From a virus (taxonomy: Duplodnaviria > Caudoviricetes): a stretch of 28,859 nucleotides of DNA. Shown piece after piece: positions 24,753-28,859 of this stretch. Location: positions 1 to 28,859 of the IMG/VR virus record IMGVR_UViG_3300025301_002579; one strand, 5' to 3'. Below the pieces are notes generated by a model. The model was not told where the DNA came from. It worked only from the letters and a program-made list of their open reading frames with translations, and searched no databases. How positions within the stretch are numbered: position 1 is the first letter of the stretch; each line of letters starts with the position of its first letter. The translations under genes and the position numbers were made by a program.

Positions 24753-25082
24753 TTATTTATTGAATGCACCTGGGGTAGACTCAAACTCGTTTGGTCTTAC
24801 CCATCTAGTGCCGAGGTTTTGGTAAGGATTAGACCATTCCTTTGTGAATGCTTGTCTTAATGGTTTATTAGTTTTATCTATGTCTAATGAACCAATCTTA
24901 CCCGCTCGATTTGTTTCCAAAGTAACAGTTGGCATATTAGGGTCTTTGCTCAACTTGTAACTATAAGGAGTCTTGGTCTCTGCTTGAAAAGCATTATCCT
25001 GTTTCCTTACTGGGTCTGAGCTACCTAAAGTGGCTACTGTCTTTGGACCTTTTTGATAAGGAGGAAATCTTCCTTCTGCCAT
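24753..25082 (-). CDS. Hypothetical protein
   Basis: 109 aa, Pro/Lys/Thr-rich, AT-rich leader; no motif recognised. Confidence 0.65.
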   Translation of the reverse strand: MAEGRFPPYQKGPKTVATLGSSDPVRKQDNAFQAETKTPYSYKLSKDPNMPTVTLETNRAGKIGSLDIDKTNKPLRQAFTKEWSNPYQNLGTRWVRPNEFESTPGAFNK

Positions 25083-25110
25083 ATTACTTTAATTAATTGA
25101 TTTAGTTCGA

Positions 25111-25377
25111 CTACTTGTTTCGTTTCCTCACAGCAGCTGGTCTGAGAGAAGGATACTTCTTGTAAACTGCTCTACGAATACCTGCTGGTCTTGGTGCATT
25201 GCGAGCATAAGCTAATGCTGCAACGGCTCGTTTTCTAGTGTTAATTGGGTAGCTTCCAGCTGGAGCTCCACCTGAAGGACCTGCAAACGCTTTCACTCCT
25301 GCATAACGTCCAACGTTAGAACCTCCTGGTCTTTTCCTTGCTGCAGCTAACTTTTTTGCTCTTGCTGTTCTTGCCAT
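25111..25377 (-). CDS. Highly basic Ala/Arg-rich small protein
   Basis: 88 aa with no Asp or Glu; core FAGPSGGAPAGSYPINTRKRAVAALAYARNAP. Confidence 0.7.
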   Translation of the reverse strand: MARTARAKKLAAARKRPGGSNVGRYAGVKAFAGPSGGAPAGSYPINTRKRAVAALAYARNAPRPAGIRRAVYKKYPSLRPAAVRKRNK

Positions 25378-25388
25378 AATCTATAGGT

Positions 25389-25640
25389 TTACCTCATTGT
25401 TCCGACATTGTAGGCACGCCGACCAGCGGCCTTACGAACTCCTTTACTTACATCTCGTCTACCTTTCATTGTCATCTTCTTACCAGCTTCTTTACCTCGT
25501 CTCATACCTAACGACTCATCTAGACGAGCGTTGTATCCTTGCTTCTTTAGGGTTGCAACATGAGCCCTAGCAGCTTTTCTGCCAGCCGTTGTGTAAGGAA
25601 AGTGTCTACTTCCACCTGTGATTTTTACTCTTGGAGACAT
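25389..25640 (-). CDS. Highly basic small protein
   Basis: Likely start ATG 25640 (MSPRVK; 83 aa), 4 nt after the upstream stop; KKQGYNARLDESLGMRRGK core. Confidence 0.65.
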   Translation of the reverse strand: MSPRVKITGGSRHFPYTTAGRKAARAHVATLKKQGYNARLDESLGMRRGKEAGKKMTMKGRRDVSKGVRKAAGRRAYNVGTMR

Positions 25641-25644
25641 TGTA

Positions 25645-25827
25645 TTATTTCTTTTTTCTTGTTGCCGACCTTTTAAAAGGATTTTTAAATCCCTTTCTCC
25701 TGGCTTCTGAGAGGCCAATGGCAACCGCTTGTTTGAGAGATACCTTTCTCCCACGGACACCTTTCTTCCTTACTTCCCTTATCTTTCTCGATATGGCTGA
25801 TTTTGCTTTTGTGGAAAGTTTTGCCAT
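25645..25827 (-). CDS. Highly basic small protein (DUF6496-like KQAVAIGLSEARRKG motif)
   Basis: 60 aa, 23 K/R versus 2 acidic residues. Confidence 0.7.
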   Translation of the reverse strand: MAKLSTKAKSAISRKIREVRKKGVRGRKVSLKQAVAIGLSEARRKGFKNPFKRSATRKKK

Positions 25828-25832
25828 ATAGT

Positions 25833-26048
25833 TTATTTTAACAGATTAATCACTTGTTTGAAAAAGTTTTCTATTGAGAGAGCTTCAGCCGAGTACCAAA
25901 GTCGCTTCTCTAATTCAATCTCTGGCTGTGTAGCCATCTTCCTTAATGTTCTTATTTTCTCTTCTCCCATTACTTTAATATGTTTCCATCCCTCAGTTTT
26001 AACTGTATCTCTAACGAAATTCTTTTCATCATCATTTAGTTTAATCAT
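25833..26048 (-). CDS. Small helical protein downstream of portal
   Basis: 71 aa, ATGA-coupled to portal; TEGWKHI; small post-portal genes are common in podovirus head modules. Confidence 0.65.
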   Translation of the reverse strand: MIKLNDDEKNFVRDTVKTEGWKHIKVMGEEKIRTLRKMATQPEIELEKRLWYSAEALSIENFFKQVINLLK

Positions 26049-27931
26049 ACGTTGGATGCTTCACCTCCACGTTCTTCTTCTCTTACTTCGCTTTTAGTGA
26101 TCTCTTCAATCTGGATATCACCTAAGTCTTGTTTAATCTTAGTTTCTCGTTTGTCTTTAACTTCTGCTAATTCCTCTGGACCTTTCATAAGTTCACGTAA
26201 TGATTCTCGGAGTAGAGGATCAGCTCCTGCTGGGTCTACACCTGGGATAGTCTTGTAGATTTCATCTACTTCTACTTCGTTAAGCTCACCTCTTAAACCA
26301 ATACTAATCTTTGGAGGCACAGGACCTGGCGGTTGTGGTGGTTGGTAGTACTCAGTGATATTAACGTTATCTTGAAATGACTCTAGTACATCAACAAAGA
26401 ACTTACCGATGTTAGCTCCTGGAATAGTTTTAGCTTGATTCAACATTAAGAGTTTAAGCTGTTGTGAAGTAGTTGTATCTTGTAGAGTCCTCATCTCAAC
26501 ATCCAAGTCAAAGTTTCCTTGAATAGACTTTTTGTCTAGGACATGGAATTGTTCCGCTCCATCTTCCAATACTCGTACAGTAAACTTCTTATCTAAGAAT
26601 GTCTGAGAGAATGCGAGGATGATGCGATACAAGTGGTTTAGAGAAACCTTTAGAACATTAATCTCGTCAGCTACTAATACATCTGCTTCACCTTTAGCGA
26701 TGATAGTTCCTCTAGCTGTATCTATATCCAGACCTGCTTGAACAGCACCTGGAGCAGAGAAGTCTATTACACCAGTAACCTGAGCGATATCTCCTCTGAT
26801 AATTCTTTCTTCTTCGATAGCAGCTCTAACTCCTTGCATGTCTGGTGGAATCCATCTGATTCCGTTTGGCACATCACTGTGGTAGTACCAACCTCGTCTT
26901 GGTAACAGTTCTTCTTCGTTAATGTTAGCTGCATTAAGGATTTCCTTTGGGGGATCAATGTTAAAGGTAACCACATCCATTCTTTGGTTTCGGGTGTCAT
27001 TCAATTCATTAAACAATTTTTCGGCTGGTTCAATGTCTCCAATGGGATATAGCTCTTGTCCTAATGGGTTAGCCACAACAGGAACAAAAGGAATTGGATT
27101 ATCTAGAATATCTTTATAAGGGTTCTTCTCCATTCGGAGTATAATGTTCCTATCTGCTAGAACGATTAAGTAATCATCTTCTTCGCCATCAACTTCAAAC
27201 GTTCCCCAATATTCCGTTATCTCAAACCTCTTAGAAAACTGGTCTCCTCCTTCCTGTTCTCTCTCGAATATAAATCTAGCTTGTTGTAGAACTGATGGGT
27301 CTTGTCCAGTTACATCTCCTCCTCCTCGTTTCTTGAGCATGTCCAAATCCTTTTGATCATAGTTAGGATTCTTTTCTAGTTCACTTAGGTCTGCTTCGTA
27401 TCGGTTAATTAACCATTTATAAGTTCCTTCAAACACATCAAGGATTGTAGCTGTATCATCTATCAACACTTGGTCAACAGAGTGCATAGTCATATCAAAT
27501 CCTTTCCAGGGTTTATCCTTTTCTTCTTTATCTAAAAGCCATAAGCATTTAATCCAAGCCATGCCTGTTATTCTTGATTCTTGAATTGCTGCCCGCTCAA
27601 TTAGAAACCAGTTCAGTTTCTTTCTGAGCCAATTAATCATGTTACTAGCTGCTCTAGCAGTCTGAACATCGTTTTGAGTTTCAGGTATAACTGCCACTGT
27701 TTTAATAGCATTAGCTAGTTTAGCTGTCTTCTTTCTAACAATTCGATAAGGTTCAGGAACGAATAGGTTAGCTAACCCTTCGTAGTTCTTTACACTTTGT
27801 ATTCCTCGAAAGAGATCGTAGTATCTAGCGAACCGAGTAAAGTCTTGTGTGGACGCATTTCGAGCTGAGGTTAGTCTTCCTTGAATAATAGAAATAACCT
27901 TGCCCTCGTCTAAGTTTGGTAGTTTAGCCAT
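26045..27931 (-). CDS. Portal protein (P22-like podovirus type)
   Basis: 628 aa directly after terminase; ANLFVP, GMAWIK, ITEYWG, NPIPFV, ELNDTRNQRMD, IAQVTGV, TARG, IQGNFDLDV. Confidence 0.88.
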   Translation of the reverse strand: MAKLPNLDEGKVISIIQGRLTSARNASTQDFTRFARYYDLFRGIQSVKNYEGLANLFVPEPYRIVRKKTAKLANAIKTVAVIPETQNDVQTARAASNMINWLRKKLNWFLIERAAIQESRITGMAWIKCLWLLDKEEKDKPWKGFDMTMHSVDQVLIDDTATILDVFEGTYKWLINRYEADLSELEKNPNYDQKDLDMLKKRGGGDVTGQDPSVLQQARFIFEREQEGGDQFSKRFEITEYWGTFEVDGEEDDYLIVLADRNIILRMEKNPYKDILDNPIPFVPVVANPLGQELYPIGDIEPAEKLFNELNDTRNQRMDVVTFNIDPPKEILNAANINEEELLPRRGWYYHSDVPNGIRWIPPDMQGVRAAIEEERIIRGDIAQVTGVIDFSAPGAVQAGLDIDTARGTIIAKGEADVLVADEINVLKVSLNHLYRIILAFSQTFLDKKFTVRVLEDGAEQFHVLDKKSIQGNFDLDVEMRTLQDTTTSQQLKLLMLNQAKTIPGANIGKFFVDVLESFQDNVNITEYYQPPQPPGPVPPKISIGLRGELNEVEVDEIYKTIPGVDPAGADPLLRESLRELMKGPEELAEVKDKRETKIKQDLGDIQIEEITKSEVREEERGGEASNV

Positions 27932-28859
27932 TAATAACCTGTTGTTTTATTATATTTGACGATTAGTGGTGGACGGTATTGTCTGACCTTGCCTTTATAT
28001 GATACCACAAAATATCTTAAAGCATCCATACAATGATCATTTACCTTTTCAGGTTTTTGTGGCGTGTTCATTTCTTTAAGAGATTCTCGCCATCTATATG
28101 TCTCAAACTCTTTAATAGTCTTTACACAGTTATTTAATAAATATAACTTAGGTCTTTGTGTTTGAGGGTCTAGCTTTAGCTTTTGACGTACTGCATCTAT
28201 TCCAGAGTTAACCCAACCATCACCGCTGTTAAATAGTTTATTAGCTGGTGTTACCACTATCCCCATACTTGCATAGTCTAATCGTTCTTGTTCGGCTGAG
28301 GGGTCTCCATAGGTTACTAGTATCTCATTAGCTGGGTCTCCTTTAGCACTTATTATATTAACGTGGGATTGGGTGGTTAGTCCCGATTGATAGTATTCAT
28401 CATAAACATAAATATTGCCTGGGCTATCAATAGCTATCCATAGACAGACAGTAGGATTGTCAGCTCCAAAGTCCATAGCTCTGAAGTGTTGCCAGACAGC
28501 AGGAATCTGGAAAGGTTCTATAACATGTATGGTTCTATCAAATTCTTTATAGATTAAGCCAGTATGCTTCCTAAAGTCAGCTAAGACCTCTTGAGCGAAC
28601 TGGTCATCAGTCATCTCAACCTTCATCTTCTCTATCTCATCTTCTGGCATGTGAGGATTGTCATAAGTTGTGAAGTGAAACGTCTTATAATCAGGGTCGT
28701 TGTCTTCTTCTCTAGACAGCTCATAAAAGTGATCAAACCCTCTTGGGGTAGATATAAACATTCCAACCCCCTTACCATCTAAAAGCGTGGCTCTTAGTAT
28801 TTCATTCCAGTTAGTATTCCAATACCTCATGTCTCTTACTTCATCACAGACAAGCATAT
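27931..28859 (-). CDS. terL: Terminase large subunit (5'-truncated by window edge)
   Basis: Walker B LVCDE, coupling motif FISTPRG, TYDNPH, nuclease AMDFG..NPT, YGDPS and NDHCMDALRY. Confidence 0.93.
   Translation of the reverse strand, partial: MLVCDEVRDMRYWNTNWNEILRATLLDGKGVGMFISTPRGFDHFYELSREEDNDPDYKTFHFTTYDNPHMPEDEIEKMKVEMTDDQFAQEVLADFRKHTGLIYKEFDRTIHVIEPFQIPAVWQHFRAMDFGADNPTVCLWIAIDSPGNIYVYDEYYQSGLTTQSHVNIISAKGDPANEILVTYGDPSAEQERLDYASMGIVVTPANKLFNSGDGWVNSGIDAVRQKLKLDPQTQRPKLYLLNNCVKTIKEFETYRWRESLKEMNTPQKPEKVNDHCMDALRYFVVSYKGKVRQYRPPLIVKYNKTTGY

Noticed and set aside
25641-25760. N-terminal extension of the 123-aa ORF, and an A-AAA-AAG slippery site at the end of the 60-aa gene that might fuse the two basic proteins
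   Set aside because: The downstream gene is in the +1 frame; a -1 shift meets a TAA within a few codons, so no fusion. ATG 25640 is the simpler start.
21521-27000. Alternate-frame minus ORFs 21521-21757 and 26767-27000
   Set aside because: Nested in rmlB and portal, with no motifs or independent start signals.
383-28782. All plus-strand ORFs in the track (e.g. 2267-2608, 2739-3221, 7626-7997)
   Set aside because: Each lies antisense to a well-supported minus-strand gene and has no recognisable motif; these are shadow ORFs.
1-28859. Stop-codon reassignment (code 15 or 25)
   Set aside because: Genes are full length under code 11, and TAA, TAG and TGA each end genes at tight junctions.
1-28859. 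tRNA, rRNA, integrase, IS element, intron/intein, tape measure or sheath genes
   Set aside because: None recognised; intergenic gaps are short and terminase, portal and capsid look uninterrupted. Absence of tube, sheath and tape-measure genes supports a short-tailed virion.

Overview
A 28.9-kb late-gene segment of a tailed dsDNA phage or prophage with podovirus-like organisation; every credible gene is on the minus strand. In order of transcription (right to left): terminase large subunit (5'-truncated), portal, a cluster of small proteins (three very basic), scaffold, N4-gp56-type major capsid protein and two small ORFs. Next comes a 10.8-kb, 12-gene glycosylation island: NDP-glucose 4,6-dehydratase, plant/giant-virus-type epimerase-reductase, two N-acyltransferases, PLP aminotransferase, TagD-like cytidylyltransferase, WbpB-like dehydrogenase, a GT2+GT-B+methyltransferase fusion, two GT2s, a UDP-GlcNAc 2-epimerase and a GT-B enzyme. 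It is followed by the adaptor, fibre/spike-like proteins, a beta-propeller nozzle, ejection-type proteins and a lysis module (XhlA-like membrane protein, M23 peptidase, and a membrane-anchored lytic transglycosylase missed by the ORF track). The island lies between head and neck genes, is preceded by a terminator plus a consensus extended -10 promoter and followed by a terminator-like hairpin, and has no obvious membrane, flippase or polymerase genes. The best reading is a phage-encoded glycan synthesis system, most plausibly for decorating the virion; this function is inferred, not shown. Starts lack Shine-Dalgarno motifs, which hints at a Patescibacteria-like host. All family assignments come from recognising motifs by eye; no searches were run.
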